From Melioribacter sp. (lineage in GTDB: Bacteria > Bacteroidota > Ignavibacteria > Ignavibacteriales > Melioribacteraceae), in contig JAOACD010000007.1 of NCBI GenBank assembly GCA_026417975.1, positions 4,994 to 68,993 of the forward strand: DNA of 64,000 nt. The letters are read 5' to 3'. The position numbers were made by a program, and so were the translations under genes. This document shows, piece after piece, positions 11,186 to 21,235 of the stretch; within the stretch, counting starts at the first letter, position 1, and every line of letters starts with the position of its first letter. Under the pieces are notes generated by a model, which saw only the letters and a list, made by a program, of their open reading frames with translations, did not search any database and had not been told where the DNA came from.

Positions 11186-11680
11186 TTAATAGTTTGATTC
11201 ATCAATCCAGTGGATTATTTTCCATTTTTTATTTGAATCTTTTATTAATTCAAGATTAACTTTACCATCAATATACACAATATCTGTTGGATTAAAAGTG
11301 ATTGTAAGATTAAAACTTCTAACAATGTGAGTTGAATCACCACTTATTGAAACGATGTTATTCCAAACTAAATCTAATCTTTGCGTATTTTGAAAAAGTC
11401 CATATGTAACTCTCATCTCTTCATCACGTCCCCAACTAACATCGGCACCCAAGTTGTAATCTCTATAAGTGAAAACAAAATTCTTATCTAAAAGCTGACT
11501 ATAAATAAGAGTATCCTTAAAGGTATATGCATACTGAAAATTTTTGAATACCCCTTCTATATCAGACAAATCACTTATCAAACTCTTAGAGTTGTTTAAT
11601 CCCTCATCCAATCTAGGAGCAAAAGGATTAACACAACTAATTAACGAAACCGTTGTTAATATTAATATAAACTTCTTAAT
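11186..11680 (-). CDS. Lipoprotein, possibly NTF2/SnoaL-like; probable ATT start
   Basis: The frame extends 23 codons upstream of the called TTG (11611) to ATT at 11680, giving (M)KKFILILTTVSLISC with a lipobox; AGGGAGG SD; in-frame TAA just upstream. Confidence 0.75.
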   Translation of the reverse strand: MKKFILILTTVSLISCVNPFAPRLDEGLNNSKSLISDLSDIEGVFKNFQYAYTFKDTLIYSQLLDKNFVFTYRDYNLGADVSWGRDEEMRVTYGLFQNTQRLDLVWNNIVSISGDSTHIVRSFNLTITFNPTDIVYIDGKVNLELIKDSNKKWKIIHWIDESNY

Positions 11681-12254
11681 ATGCTGTCCTCCCTTTTAAA
11701 TCGCTCCAACATTGAAAATTTCCTTTTCTAATGTCCTGCCATTCTACTATAGACCACTGTTTTCTTGAATCAATATAAATTTTAAATTGCGAAGAACCTA
11801 CAAAAGTTCCGCCTATAAATTGATTATTCGAATTAATTTTTAAACTATAATCTACACTATAAAATGCACTATCGCTAAAAAAATTGGATTGAAAATTTTC
11901 TAATGTTAAAGTAACATTTTTGCCAGATGGCAACTTAGATATTAAATTTAAGAAGTATTGTTTTTCTTCATTAATTGTCCAATTATTTAATACAGGATAT
12001 TGAGAAACTGCTCCAGAAGCAGGAATAAATACAAACTTCCTTTTTAAATAAGATGTATCTACAAAACAAGCCAAATAATTTTCTATAATTTTTTCTTCTA
12101 TTGATGACTTAAAATTTCGGAACAAAATTTCGGGAGATGTTGCAGCTATAAAATTAGAGCTAGGTGTATCGGGCTCTTCTGGTGTTCTTGTGGTAAATAT
12201 ATCACAAGAAACAACAATAAAAAGAAAAATTATATATAAAAACTTTTTAATCAT
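11676..12254 (-). CDS. Lipoprotein, probable paralog of the downstream gene
   Basis: MIKKFLYIIFLFIVVSC lipobox; C-terminal WSIVEWQD resembles WKIIHWID of the neighbour. Confidence 0.75.
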   Translation of the reverse strand: MIKKFLYIIFLFIVVSCDIFTTRTPEEPDTPSSNFIAATSPEILFRNFKSSIEEKIIENYLACFVDTSYLKRKFVFIPASGAVSQYPVLNNWTINEEKQYFLNLISKLPSGKNVTLTLENFQSNFFSDSAFYSVDYSLKINSNNQFIGGTFVGSSQFKIYIDSRKQWSIVEWQDIRKGNFQCWSDLKGRTAY

Positions 12255-12988
12255 TTCTGAAAAACTATTATTAACCTTGGAGATTCTTTTTCATTATAAT
12301 CACTTCCATCATAGTCACCAAATATTTTTAATACTCTAAATTTTGCTCTCTCAAATTCCTCTATTATTTTCTCTATACTATATAGTTTAACAGATTCATA
12401 AAATCTTTCCACTAAATTATTTTTTATTAAAATAATTTCCTTTACTACTCTATTATTCTCAATTTTTCTTTTTTCTATTACTTTAATGTTTTCTACTAAT
12501 TTTTCTGAATAAGGAAGAAGATTTTGTTCTAAAAATGATTTATTAAAATAATCAAGTACGTAATAACCATTATCTTTAAGAAAGCAATAAGATTTTCTTA
12601 TAAAACTAAAATTTTCTTCATCGGTTTCAAAGTATCCAAAGCTTGTAAATAAATTAAGTATCATGTCAAAAACTTTTTTAAAACAGATTTCTCTAATATC
12701 AGCTTGTATTAATTTTAGGTTTGCATTTTTTTCAAACGATTCCTTTTTTGCTTGCAAAAGCAAATTTCTACTTAAATCGAATCCAAAAACATTATAACCA
12801 CAAAGAGATAAATAAATTGCATGCCTTCCAGCCCCACAAGCTGCATCTAGTATCTTAGCAGTTTTGGGAATTTTTGTAAAAGATAAAATTAGATTAGATA
12901 ATTTTTGTGCATCTAGGAAATCTCTATGATTATAAACCCTTAAATAGTCAGGAGAATCAAACCATTCTTTGTACCAATTATGCATCAC
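12251..12988 (-). CDS. Class I SAM-dependent methyltransferase
   Basis: ILDAACGAGRH motif I, GFDLS, NLFTSFGYF. Confidence 0.88.
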   Translation of the reverse strand: MMHNWYKEWFDSPDYLRVYNHRDFLDAQKLSNLILSFTKIPKTAKILDAACGAGRHAIYLSLCGYNVFGFDLSRNLLLQAKKESFEKNANLKLIQADIREICFKKVFDMILNLFTSFGYFETDEENFSFIRKSYCFLKDNGYYVLDYFNKSFLEQNLLPYSEKLVENIKVIEKRKIENNRVVKEIILIKNNLVERFYESVKLYSIEKIIEEFERAKFRVLKIFGDYDGSDYNEKESPRLIIVFQK

Positions 12989-13581
12989 AATGTTATTCTT
13001 CCTAAAAATGCTCTTCCTATTGTTGCTGGATCTGCAAATTCTAAGTCACCTCCTATTGGCAATCCACGTGCTATACGAGAAATTTTTATTGGATATTCTT
13101 TTAAGATTTTTAAGAGATAAAGTGAAGTTGTATCACCTTCGGTATCGGGGTTCAAAGCTAAAATTACCTCGTTTACACCACCTTTTTCTATTCGTGATAT
13201 TAATTCTTTGATATGCAGATTTTCGGGTGTAATATTGGCAAGAGGATTTAACACTCCGCCAAGCACATGATATAGTCCATTATATTCATTAGTCTTTTCA
13301 ATAGCAATTACATCGCTTACTTCTTCAACAACACATATCATTGAATGATCCCTCTTTGGACTTTTACAAATATCACATTTTTCTTCTACAGAAAGATTAA
13401 AGCACTCCGAGCAAAATTTGATTTTAGTTTTCAAATCTGATAATGCTTGTAAAAGTGCATTAACAGAATTTTCATCGCTCTTCAAAATATGGAGAGCTAA
13501 TCTTTGGGCTGTTTTTTTCCCAATTGATGGAAGTTTACTTAATTCGTCAATGGCTCTTTGTAATGGTTCTGCTATTAACAA
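12985..13581 (-). CDS. recR: Recombination mediator RecR
   Basis: LPSIGKKTAQRL HhH, C4 zinc finger, Toprim ICVVEE/YHVLGG, ARGLPIGGDLEFAD. Confidence 0.96.
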   Translation of the reverse strand: MLIAEPLQRAIDELSKLPSIGKKTAQRLALHILKSDENSVNALLQALSDLKTKIKFCSECFNLSVEEKCDICKSPKRDHSMICVVEEVSDVIAIEKTNEYNGLYHVLGGVLNPLANITPENLHIKELISRIEKGGVNEVILALNPDTEGDTTSLYLLKILKEYPIKISRIARGLPIGGDLEFADPATIGRAFLGRITL

Positions 13582-13583
13582 TT

Positions 13584-13910
13584 TTAAAATCCTGGAATAT
13601 TAAAGCCTGGTGGAAGTATACCTTTCGTAATATTACTGAGTTCTTCTTCTGCCATTTTACCCGCTGATTGCAGTGCTTTATTTACAGCAGCTACCACTAA
13701 ATCCTCTATCATCTCCTTATCCCCGCTCTTAAATATTTCATCATCTATCGTTATAGATAAAATTTCTTTTTTTCCGTTTGCAACAACTTTTACCATACCC
13801 CCACCACTTTCTTCTGTTACAGTTTTATTCTCAAGTTCTGCTTGCACTTTTGCAATCTCTTCCTGCATTTTCTGGATTTGCTTAAGCATTCCCTGCATAT
13901 TAAAATTCAT
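13584..13910 (-). CDS. ybaB: YbaB/EbfC nucleoid-associated protein
   Basis: SGGGMVKV, EMIEDLVVAAVN; start moved to ATG 13910 (GGAGG SD); upstream of recR. Confidence 0.93.
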   Translation of the reverse strand: MNFNMQGMLKQIQKMQEEIAKVQAELENKTVTEESGGGMVKVVANGKKEILSITIDDEIFKSGDKEMIEDLVVAAVNKALQSAGKMAEEELSNITKGILPPGFNIPGF

Positions 13911-13948
13911 TTGTCCTCCAATCATATTATTTTTTAATGTAGTCAACA

Positions 13949-14004
13949 CAAAATTACCAAAAAAAATAATCACAAGAAATTAAAGCAAGAAAATATTAGA
14001 TTTG
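13949..14004. promoter_or_regulatory. Divergent promoters with TAnnTTTG elements (ybaB on minus, psd on plus)
   Basis: TAATTTTG on minus at 13949-13956; TAGATTTG on plus at 13997-14004. Confidence 0.5.
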
Positions 14005-14035
14005 CATTCGTTATTCATCAAAATTAAAGAACTAA

Positions 14036-14689
14036 ATGATTTCTAAATACGGTATCAACACGTTTCTTATTTTAGCTGGATTTTCAATCTTGCTAATTTT
14101 ATCATCTTTCTTCATTAATAATAATTTTGTAAAATATTTACTTCTTTTAGGTGGTATAATATTTCTTTTATTTAATATAAATTTCTTTAGAGACCCAGAA
14201 AGAATCCCCCCAAATAAAGAAAATATAATTGTCTCTACTGCAGACGGAGAGATTATTAGCATCAAAGAAGTATTTGAAAAAAAATTTGTAAACGATACAG
14301 CCACACAGGTTTCAATATTTATGTCGCCTCTAAATGTACATGTAAACAGAATTCCAATTAGTGGAAAAATTGACTACTTAAATTATGTTAAAGGAGATTA
14401 TTTTGTTGCCTTTCATGATAAAGCTGATTTAAGAAACGAAAGAACAGAAATTGGTATTACTAGCAAATATGGTAAAATCTTGTTTACACAAGTTGCAGGA
14501 TTTATAGCAAGAAGAATTGTCTTTGATCTAAAGCTTGGAGATTCTGTGAAAATAGGAGAAAGATTTGGTATGATAAAATTTGGAAGTCGGTCTGATATAA
14601 TTGTACCCAAAAAATGGAAAGTTAATGTTAAGGTTGGTGATAAAGTTAAAGCAGGTCAATCAATAATTTTTGAGTACATAGATGAGTAA
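14036..14689 (+). CDS. psd: Phosphatidylserine decarboxylase proenzyme
   Basis: FFRDPER, FMSPLNVHVNR, KFGSR self-cleavage motif. Confidence 0.93.
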   Translation: MISKYGINTFLILAGFSILLILSSFFINNNFVKYLLLLGGIIFLLFNINFFRDPERIPPNKENIIVSTADGEIISIKEVFEKKFVNDTATQVSIFMSPLNVHVNRIPISGKIDYLNYVKGDYFVAFHDKADLRNERTEIGITSKYGKILFTQVAGFIARRIVFDLKLGDSVKIGERFGMIKFGSRSDIIVPKKWKVNVKVGDKVKAGQSIIFEYIDE

Positions 14690-15401
14690 AACACTTTCAT
14701 TCAAATCATCAATAGCAAATTTTATTACCTCTTTAAATATTTTTTGTGGATTTGTATCCATAGTTTACACTTCGCAAAACGAATTTAAATTAGCTGCTAT
14801 TTTTATAATTTTAGCAGCAATATTTGATACGATTGATGGATTAATTGCAAGATTACTCGACACATCAAGTCGCTTTGGTGTTGAACTAGACTCTTTATCA
14901 GACGTAGTTAGTTTCGGTGCAGCTCCCTCATTCCTTGTTTACAAATCTTATGGATATCAATTCGAAACTATAGGTATAATTATTAGCTCATTCCTACTAT
15001 TAGCTGGGGCCATGCGTCTGGCAAGATTTAATATCCTTATAGTAGATTTAAAATCTAAAGGTGATTTTACAGGACTACCCATTCCTCTTTCAGCTTTAAC
15101 TATTACAACACTAATTTATTCATATTATCAGGAAAATCAAATAATAACACCTTATAATAACTTTGTTTTTCCGTTAGTCATTATTCTATCTCTCTTAATG
15201 GTAAGTAAAATAAAATACAGAGCTTTACCAAATATTATTCATAAAAAATTTGTTGTAAAAATTTCATGGTTTTTCATTCTTGTATTTATTTTAATATCTG
15301 CAATTGTAACTAATGGGAAATTTCTTTTCTATGTTTTTTTATCTTTAGTCATCTTTGGTATATTAAGGCATATTTATTTGAAAATTTCTAAGAAAATATA
15401 A
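14682..15401 (+). CDS. pssA: CDP-diacylglycerol--serine O-phosphatidyltransferase
   Basis: DGLIAR...G...DSLSD CDP-alcohol phosphotransferase motif, RLARFN, FTGLP; overlaps psd. Confidence 0.92.
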   Translation: MSKTLSFKSSIANFITSLNIFCGFVSIVYTSQNEFKLAAIFIILAAIFDTIDGLIARLLDTSSRFGVELDSLSDVVSFGAAPSFLVYKSYGYQFETIGIIISSFLLLAGAMRLARFNILIVDLKSKGDFTGLPIPLSALTITTLIYSYYQENQIITPYNNFVFPLVIILSLLMVSKIKYRALPNIIHKKFVVKISWFFILVFILISAIVTNGKFLFYVFLSLVIFGILRHIYLKISKKI

Positions 15402-15416
15402 ATAACGGAGTTAAAA

Positions 15417-15668
15417 TTGTTCAAAGCAGTTGTAATTGTAAAAAGAAGACCCACAATACTCGACCCTCAAGGTAAAGCAGTTGAACAAGGTGCAAAACTA
15501 CTTGGTTTTAATAATGTAAAAAACACTCGCATTGGGAAATACATAGAGTTTTATGTTGATACAGATGATAGAGAAATGGCTGAAAAAGAGGTTCGAGAAT
15601 ACAGTGAAAAATTATTATCAAATCCAATAATGGAAGATTTCGAATATACAATTGAAGAAGTAAAATGA
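15417..15668 (+). CDS. purS: FGAM synthase subunit PurS
   Basis: [20 protein letters not shown]. Confidence 0.95.
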   Translation: MFKAVVIVKRRPTILDPQGKAVEQGAKLLGFNNVKNTRIGKYIEFYVDTDDREMAEKEVREYSEKLLSNPIMEDFEYTIEEVK

Positions 15669-16369
15669 AACCAAAATTTGGAGTTGTAGTTTTTCCGGGT
15701 GCAAATTGTGACCACGATGCCTATTATGCAACAAAAAAAATTTTAGGCTACGATGCAGAATTTATTTGGCATAAAGAAAGAGATTTAAAAAATTCCGATG
15801 TAATAATTTTACCAGGTGGATTTTCTTACGGTGATTATTTGAGAACAGGAGCAATTGCAAGATTTTCCCCAGTAATGGAAGAAGTAATTAAATTTGCAAA
15901 CAACGGGGGAATAGTAATAGGCATTTGTAATGGCTTTCAAATCCTTTTAGAAGCTGGTTTACTTCCCGGTGCAATGCAAAAAAATCAATCACTAAAATTT
16001 ATATGCAAAGATGTTTACATAAAGGTAGAAAATAAAGAAACAATTTTTACAAAATCTATTAAACAGAATGTATTAAAAATTCCAATTGCTCATGGTGAAG
16101 GTAATTACTATGCCGATGAAGAAACAATTAAAGAACTGGAAGAAAATAAACAGGTAGTTTTTAGGTACTCAACAGCAGATGGAAAAGTTAATAACGAATC
16201 AAATCCAAATGGCTCTATAAATAATATTGCAGGAATAATAAATAAAAATGGCAATGTACTTGGAATGATGCCTCATCCAGAAAGAGCTTGTGACCCATTG
16301 TTGAAACGAACTGATGGAGCACTGATTTTTAAGTCGATAGCAGAGAATGTTTTTATTAATCAAAAGTAA
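15665..16369 (+). CDS. purQ: FGAM synthase glutaminase subunit PurQ
   Basis: [29 protein letters not shown]. Confidence 0.96.
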   Translation: MKPKFGVVVFPGANCDHDAYYATKKILGYDAEFIWHKERDLKNSDVIILPGGFSYGDYLRTGAIARFSPVMEEVIKFANNGGIVIGICNGFQILLEAGLLPGAMQKNQSLKFICKDVYIKVENKETIFTKSIKQNVLKIPIAHGEGNYYADEETIKELEENKQVVFRYSTADGKVNNESNPNGSINNIAGIINKNGNVLGMMPHPERACDPLLKRTDGALIFKSIAENVFINQK

Positions 16370-16386
16370 AATCTTAGGAGGTTATT

Positions 16387-16590
16387 ATGTTTGGTAATCT
16401 AGGTGCTTCGGAAATATTAATTATAGTTCTTGTTGTTTTGCTATTATTCGGTGCAAAAAAAATTCCCGAACTAGCACAAGGAATTGGTAAAGGAATGCGT
16501 GAATTTAGAAAAGCTCTACGAGAAGTAGAAGACGATATTAAATCTATTGATAAACAAGACGAAAACAAAAATAATGGTGATAAATCTTGA
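16387..16590 (+). CDS. tatA: Twin-arginine translocase TatA/E
   Basis: TM helix followed by LFGAKKIPEL...GKGMREFRK. Confidence 0.93.
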   Translation: MFGNLGASEILIIVLVVLLLFGAKKIPELAQGIGKGMREFRKALREVEDDIKSIDKQDENKNNGDKS

Positions 16591-18014
16591 AGGAATACAA
16601 AAACCATTTCGAAAAATTAGAAAAAATTAAAGCAGGAAAAATTTCTTTAAGAGAAAATATCGAGTTCTTCCTAAAAAGAATTCGCGAATATTCTCATCTT
16701 AATTGCTACAACTTTGTATTTGAAGACTGCATTGATAGAGCAGATTTAATTGAAGAAAAAATAAAAAATGGCACTGCTGGAAAATTAGCTGGAATGGTTG
16801 TAGCTATTAAAGATGTACTTGCACTAAAAGATAAACCAATGACATGCTCCTCTAATATTTTAAGAAATTTTGTCTCTATATATACATCAACAGCTGTCCA
16901 AAGATTAATTGATGAGGATGCAATTATAATAGGAAAAACTAATTGTGATGAATTTGCAATGGGCTCATCAAATGAAAACTCTGCTTTTGGACCTGTACTA
17001 AATCCATACGATAATTCAAGAGTTCCAGGTGGTTCAAGTGGTGGTTCGGCTGTAGCTGTAGCAGCAGATTTATGTGATGTTTCATTGGGAACAGATACAG
17101 GTGGTTCAATTCGTCAACCTGCTGCTTTTTGTGGAATACTGGGGCTTAAACCAACTTATGGTAGAGTCTCTCGATATGGTTTAACAGCTTTTGCATCTTC
17201 TTTCGATACAATAGGACCTTTTGCAAAATCTATTGAAGATATTGCAATAGTCCTAGAAGTAATATCTGGTAAAGACGAAAAAGATTCTACATGCCAAGAT
17301 ATAGAAGTACCAGAATATTCAAAATATATTTCCACTGATAAAAAGTTTAATATAGGCATACCAAAGGAATATTTTGGAGAAGGATTGGATCCTGAAATTA
17401 GAGATGCAATTCAAAAGCAAATTGAAACTTTAAAATCTCAAGGACATAATGTTATTGAAATATCTCTACCACATACTGAATATGCAATAGCTACATACTA
17501 TATATTAACTACCGCCGAGGCTTCTTCTAATTTATCGCGTTATGAAGGTGCTCATTATGGTTTCCGCGCAGAAAATTCTGGTGACTTGATAGATATGTAT
17601 ACTGATACACGAACTTTAGGCTTTGGTAAAGAAGTTAAAAGAAGAATTATGCTTGGCACTTATGTATTATCTGCTGGGTATTATGATGCATATTATCGTA
17701 AAGCCCAAAAAGTCAGAAGATTATTTAAGCAAGATTTCGACAAAGCTTTTGAAATTGTTGATGTAATTCTTACACCTACTTCTCCAACTGTTGCTTTTAA
17801 AATTGGTGAAAAATCTTCTGACCCTCTTGAAATGTATTTAAGTGATATTTATACTACATCTGCTAACCTTGCAGGTATACCTGGACTTAATATACCAATT
17901 GGTCTAAATAAAGATGGCCTGCCAATTGGAATGCAACTTATGGCAAATCAATTTGAAGAATTAAAGTTATTACAATTAGCTAAATTAATTGTAAATAAAG
18001 AGAACTATCAATAA
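16587..18014 (+). CDS. gatA: Asp/Glu-tRNA amidotransferase subunit A
   Basis: Amidase signature GGSSGGS, GTDTGGSIRQPA, EVKRRIMLGTY. Confidence 0.96.
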   Translation: MKEYKNHFEKLEKIKAGKISLRENIEFFLKRIREYSHLNCYNFVFEDCIDRADLIEEKIKNGTAGKLAGMVVAIKDVLALKDKPMTCSSNILRNFVSIYTSTAVQRLIDEDAIIIGKTNCDEFAMGSSNENSAFGPVLNPYDNSRVPGGSSGGSAVAVAADLCDVSLGTDTGGSIRQPAAFCGILGLKPTYGRVSRYGLTAFASSFDTIGPFAKSIEDIAIVLEVISGKDEKDSTCQDIEVPEYSKYISTDKKFNIGIPKEYFGEGLDPEIRDAIQKQIETLKSQGHNVIEISLPHTEYAIATYYILTTAEASSNLSRYEGAHYGFRAENSGDLIDMYTDTRTLGFGKEVKRRIMLGTYVLSAGYYDAYYRKAQKVRRLFKQDFDKAFEIVDVILTPTSPTVAFKIGEKSSDPLEMYLSDIYTTSANLAGIPGLNIPIGLNKDGLPIGMQLMANQFEELKLLQLAKLIVNKENYQ

Positions 18015-18077
18015 ATAAAAAATATATTTAGACAACCTATCTATATCTGTACTTACTTTAAGTTGTTTGGTAATGTT

Positions 18078-18737
18078 CTACAGTCTTAGTATATCAACAA
18101 TTTTTTTGTAAATAATCTCTGCTATTTCTCTATGCCCTTCTATATTTGGATGAACACCATCTAAAAAATTTTTAGGAGAAACTACATTAAACAGGCTTAT
18201 AAAATTTACTTTCTCTTCCGTAGCTAATTTTTCATATTCTTTTTCAAGTTTAATCAAGGAATTATATGTATTCTCATTATACCTTTTCTGCTTATTGATT
18301 TCAGACATTGTTTCAAAACTAATATTGCAAGGAGCAATTAATAATATTTGTGCTTTAGTCAATTTTGTCTTTACCTGTGTTATCATCCATTTCATATTGC
18401 TGACGCATAAATTAACTAAGCTATCATTTCCATTTTTCAAATCATTAACACCAAGCATAATTAAAACCAAATTTGCATCTAAATGCTTTTCTAATACAGG
18501 AACTAGTTCTAAAGTATCAGAAGTTTTCCTTCCGTTTCTTCCTGCGTTAATCATTAAAAATTTATCTGACATTTTACTTACTTGTTCTACCCAACCATTC
18601 CCCTCAACACCTGCACCTCGTGTAATAGAATCACCAAAACATAAAATTTTATATTTAGCATTCTGTGTAAACATAAATGCGCTTAACATCATCAGTAAAA
18701 CAAAAAACTGAACTAGATATGTTATTAAGTTCTTCAT
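18078..18737 (-). CDS. SGNH/GDSL esterase, secreted; likely a pectin or rhamnogalacturonan acetylesterase
   Basis: FGDSIT, NAGRNG, GVND, DGVHP blocks; last gene of the pectin operon. Confidence 0.8.
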   Translation of the reverse strand: MKNLITYLVQFFVLLMMLSAFMFTQNAKYKILCFGDSITRGAGVEGNGWVEQVSKMSDKFLMINAGRNGRKTSDTLELVPVLEKHLDANLVLIMLGVNDLKNGNDSLVNLCVSNMKWMITQVKTKLTKAQILLIAPCNISFETMSEINKQKRYNENTYNSLIKLEKEYEKLATEEKVNFISLFNVVSPKNFLDGVHPNIEGHREIAEIIYKKIVDILRL

Positions 18738-18739
18738 AA

Positions 18740-19912
18740 TTATCTCGATTTATTATTCAAAACGTTTTCGTTTGGGGCGTATTTTTTTTGCCATTCAGGA
18801 TATTTATTCAAAACTTGCTGTGGGGCGTATGTATACCAGGTATATCCTGCTCTTCTTTCATGCTCAACCTCTGCAAGCGAATAAACAATTTTTCTATTTC
18901 GATTGCAAAATAATGGACGATGAGTTTTTAACTCATAATAACGAGTCCATACTGGTGGAGCAGTTGAATCATTAACAACTATTCTATCATAATCAAAGGT
19001 ACTGTAGTAATATTTTTTTGGCTCAATTTTTTTCTCTATAATTCTTATCCCTTTAATTTTTGATTCCTCAAACCATTGAACTGCACTTTGGACTGCTTTA
19101 ATTACTTCTTTAGATGGATTTTCTATGCTCATTAAAAATAATACTACTTCTGCACTTTCGCCGTTGCAAATACTTGGTGGTTCAAATGTTCTTGCCCATT
19201 GGGGAAACAATCCAATATTATCTGCCTGCTGAGGCCAAGCTGTCAATTTACCATCTTCTTTTATCTGTGTCTTTAATATACAATCAAGACCTTTTTCAAA
19301 AGCTCTTTTTACTTTCTCTCTTCTTACTGAATCAACAAAGCTATATTGAGGTTTATTTTGAACAATATTATAAAGTACTTTCATAATACCTACCATAACT
19401 CCATCATTAAATGTAATATATTTCCTATAACCACTCGTATCAGGATAAAATTGAGGCCAACCTCCATTTGAATACTGGGCAGAAAGAATAAAATCAATAC
19501 CTCTTAAACATGCTTCTTTATATCTTTCATCATGTATCAAATGGTAAGCTTGAGCCAAATATTCAACTTGAGTATGAGTTGTCCAATTATCAAAAGTTGT
19601 ATTTAATTGATTTTTAGCTTTTAAGAGTGAATCTTTTTGATCTTCAGTTAAAATTGCTAACATATCATAATTTTTAGGCCAGCCACCATTTTCCTTTTGA
19701 TACAATAAAATATTATCAGCAATTTCTTTTACATTCTCTGGTTTATATCGTGGACGACCTGGACGAGGGTTTATTACATTTTCTTCAGAATAAATATCAT
19801 ACCAGTGATGAGCACTATTTTGAAATCCTGAGACATCAGGATAATTTTGATTAAAATTAGACTGTGCTTTTAAAGAGCTAAAAGCGAAAATAATTATTAA
19901 TAGTTTTTTCAT
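18740..19912 (-). CDS. pelA: Pectate lyase, PL10 family (PelA-type)
   Basis: Signal peptide; GGWPKN, TTFDN, GGWPQFYP, ITFND, ARTFEP, ERRAGYTWY motifs. Confidence 0.9.
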   Translation of the reverse strand: MKKLLIIIFAFSSLKAQSNFNQNYPDVSGFQNSAHHWYDIYSEENVINPRPGRPRYKPENVKEIADNILLYQKENGGWPKNYDMLAILTEDQKDSLLKAKNQLNTTFDNWTTHTQVEYLAQAYHLIHDERYKEACLRGIDFILSAQYSNGGWPQFYPDTSGYRKYITFNDGVMVGIMKVLYNIVQNKPQYSFVDSVRREKVKRAFEKGLDCILKTQIKEDGKLTAWPQQADNIGLFPQWARTFEPPSICNGESAEVVLFLMSIENPSKEVIKAVQSAVQWFEESKIKGIRIIEKKIEPKKYYYSTFDYDRIVVNDSTAPPVWTRYYELKTHRPLFCNRNRKIVYSLAEVEHERRAGYTWYTYAPQQVLNKYPEWQKKYAPNENVLNNKSR

Positions 19913-19933
19913 AATTAAACCACATAAATTTTC

Positions 19934-20743
19934 TTAATACTCTATTGACTTTAACCAATCAATAAAAATACTTCCCCAAGTTGCAGCCCTACCTCTCTCT
20001 GTGTCAATACCAAAGCCATGTCCTCCTTTTTCATAAATATGCATTTCTACTAGTACATTTCTTTTTAGTAATTCATTATAAAAATTAATGCTTTCTTCTA
20101 CTGGGACTCTTTTATCGTCAGATGCATGAACAATAAAAGTTTTAGGAAATTTTTCTTTAACTTTTTGATATAAATTTTGCAACCATGGATAAATCAACAC
20201 TACAAAATTTGGGGAGCAATCAATTGAGTCGATTTTATCTTTTACAAAAACTTTTTCGCTTAAAATCATATTTGCTGCTAAATGTCCACCTGCAGAAAAT
20301 CCCATTACTCCAATTCTATTTGGATTAATCTTAAACTCGTCAGCTTTCGCTTTTATAAAACTAAGTGCACGTTGTGCATCTATTAATGCTAAATTTTCAT
20401 TTAATCTATATTTTAATATGAAAGCATTAATTCCTATTGAATTTAACCATTTTGCAATTCTTATACCTTCTTTTTCAAAGGCAAGATGTGAATAACCTCC
20501 CCCAGGAAAAATTATAATTGTAGGAGTATTTTCATTTCTATCTTCAAGAAGAAACAACGTCAACTCAGGCTGATATATATTTCTGAAGCGCCCATCAATA
20601 TAAGTTTCGTTATTAGTTTGTTCTTGAGTGTAAGGAGCTAAACTTTCCCAAATTCTTAAAGTTCTTTCTTGCGCACTAATTACATTTACTATCAAAATTA
20701 TTAAAACTATATAATATTTTTTCATAGAATTCATTTTTAACAT
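19934..20743 (-). CDS. Alpha/beta hydrolase, secreted carbohydrate esterase
   Basis: PGGGY oxyanion loop, GFSAGG nucleophile, HASDD, GGHGFG; the start may be the later Met (MKKYY). Confidence 0.82.
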   Translation of the reverse strand: MLKMNSMKKYYIVLIILIVNVISAQERTLRIWESLAPYTQEQTNNETYIDGRFRNIYQPELTLFLLEDRNENTPTIIIFPGGGYSHLAFEKEGIRIAKWLNSIGINAFILKYRLNENLALIDAQRALSFIKAKADEFKINPNRIGVMGFSAGGHLAANMILSEKVFVKDKIDSIDCSPNFVVLIYPWLQNLYQKVKEKFPKTFIVHASDDKRVPVEESINFYNELLKRNVLVEMHIYEKGGHGFGIDTERGRAATWGSIFIDWLKSIEY

Positions 20744-21100
20744 TTATTGTTGTTTTATAAAATCTTCTCTGTACGGAGTAAAAACATCAATTAAGAGACT
20801 TTGGTCTTCTAGAGCTAACACACCATGTTCAATGTTTGATGGGATAAAGTATACATCTCCAGCTTTTTGAATTTTTTTCTCTCCATTAATTGTAACTTCA
20901 AACGAACCACTTACTATGTATGATACTTGTTTATGGGGATGCTTATGAAGATATCCTACTGCACCTTTTTTGAATTCTACAGCAGTCAGCATCAAATCTT
21001 TATCGTAGGCTAAAATTTTTCTTCTAACGCCTTCTCCTACATTTTCCCATTGAATATCATCATTAAAAATAAATCCTGTTAAACCAAAGTTATTATCCAT
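20744..21100 (-). CDS. kdgF: Cupin, KdgF-like pectin degradation protein
   Basis: GVRRKIL, HKHPHKQ, EHGV, DVFTPYREDF; first gene of the pectin operon. Confidence 0.82.
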   Translation of the reverse strand: MDNNFGLTGFIFNDDIQWENVGEGVRRKILAYDKDLMLTAVEFKKGAVGYLHKHPHKQVSYIVSGSFEVTINGEKKIQKAGDVYFIPSNIEHGVLALEDQSLLIDVFTPYREDFIKQQ

Positions 21101-21126
21101 AATAAATCTCCAAATTTTTTGTCCAA

Positions 21127-21199
21127 CAAATTTACATCTAAAGTTTTATTTCAAAAAGAAATTTTTATGAAGTTAATTTAAAAGGTTTTCTTAATTTTG
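21127..21199. promoter_or_regulatory. Divergent promoters with TAnnTTTG elements (kdgF operon on minus, sucD on plus)
   Basis: TAAATTTG on minus at 21127-21134; TAATTTTG on plus at 21192-21199. Confidence 0.5.
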
Positions 21200-21235
21200 T
21201 AATTAAAAAATGTTAATAATATTTTAGGATTAATC

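Noticed and set aside
18295-18711. 138-aa plus-strand ORF, and other 60-120 aa ORFs antisense to or nested in real genes (e.g. 21304-21666, 28124-28438, 23413-23700, 14032-14304)
   Set aside because: They lie entirely within well-supported genes and have no motifs or SD; shadow ORFs
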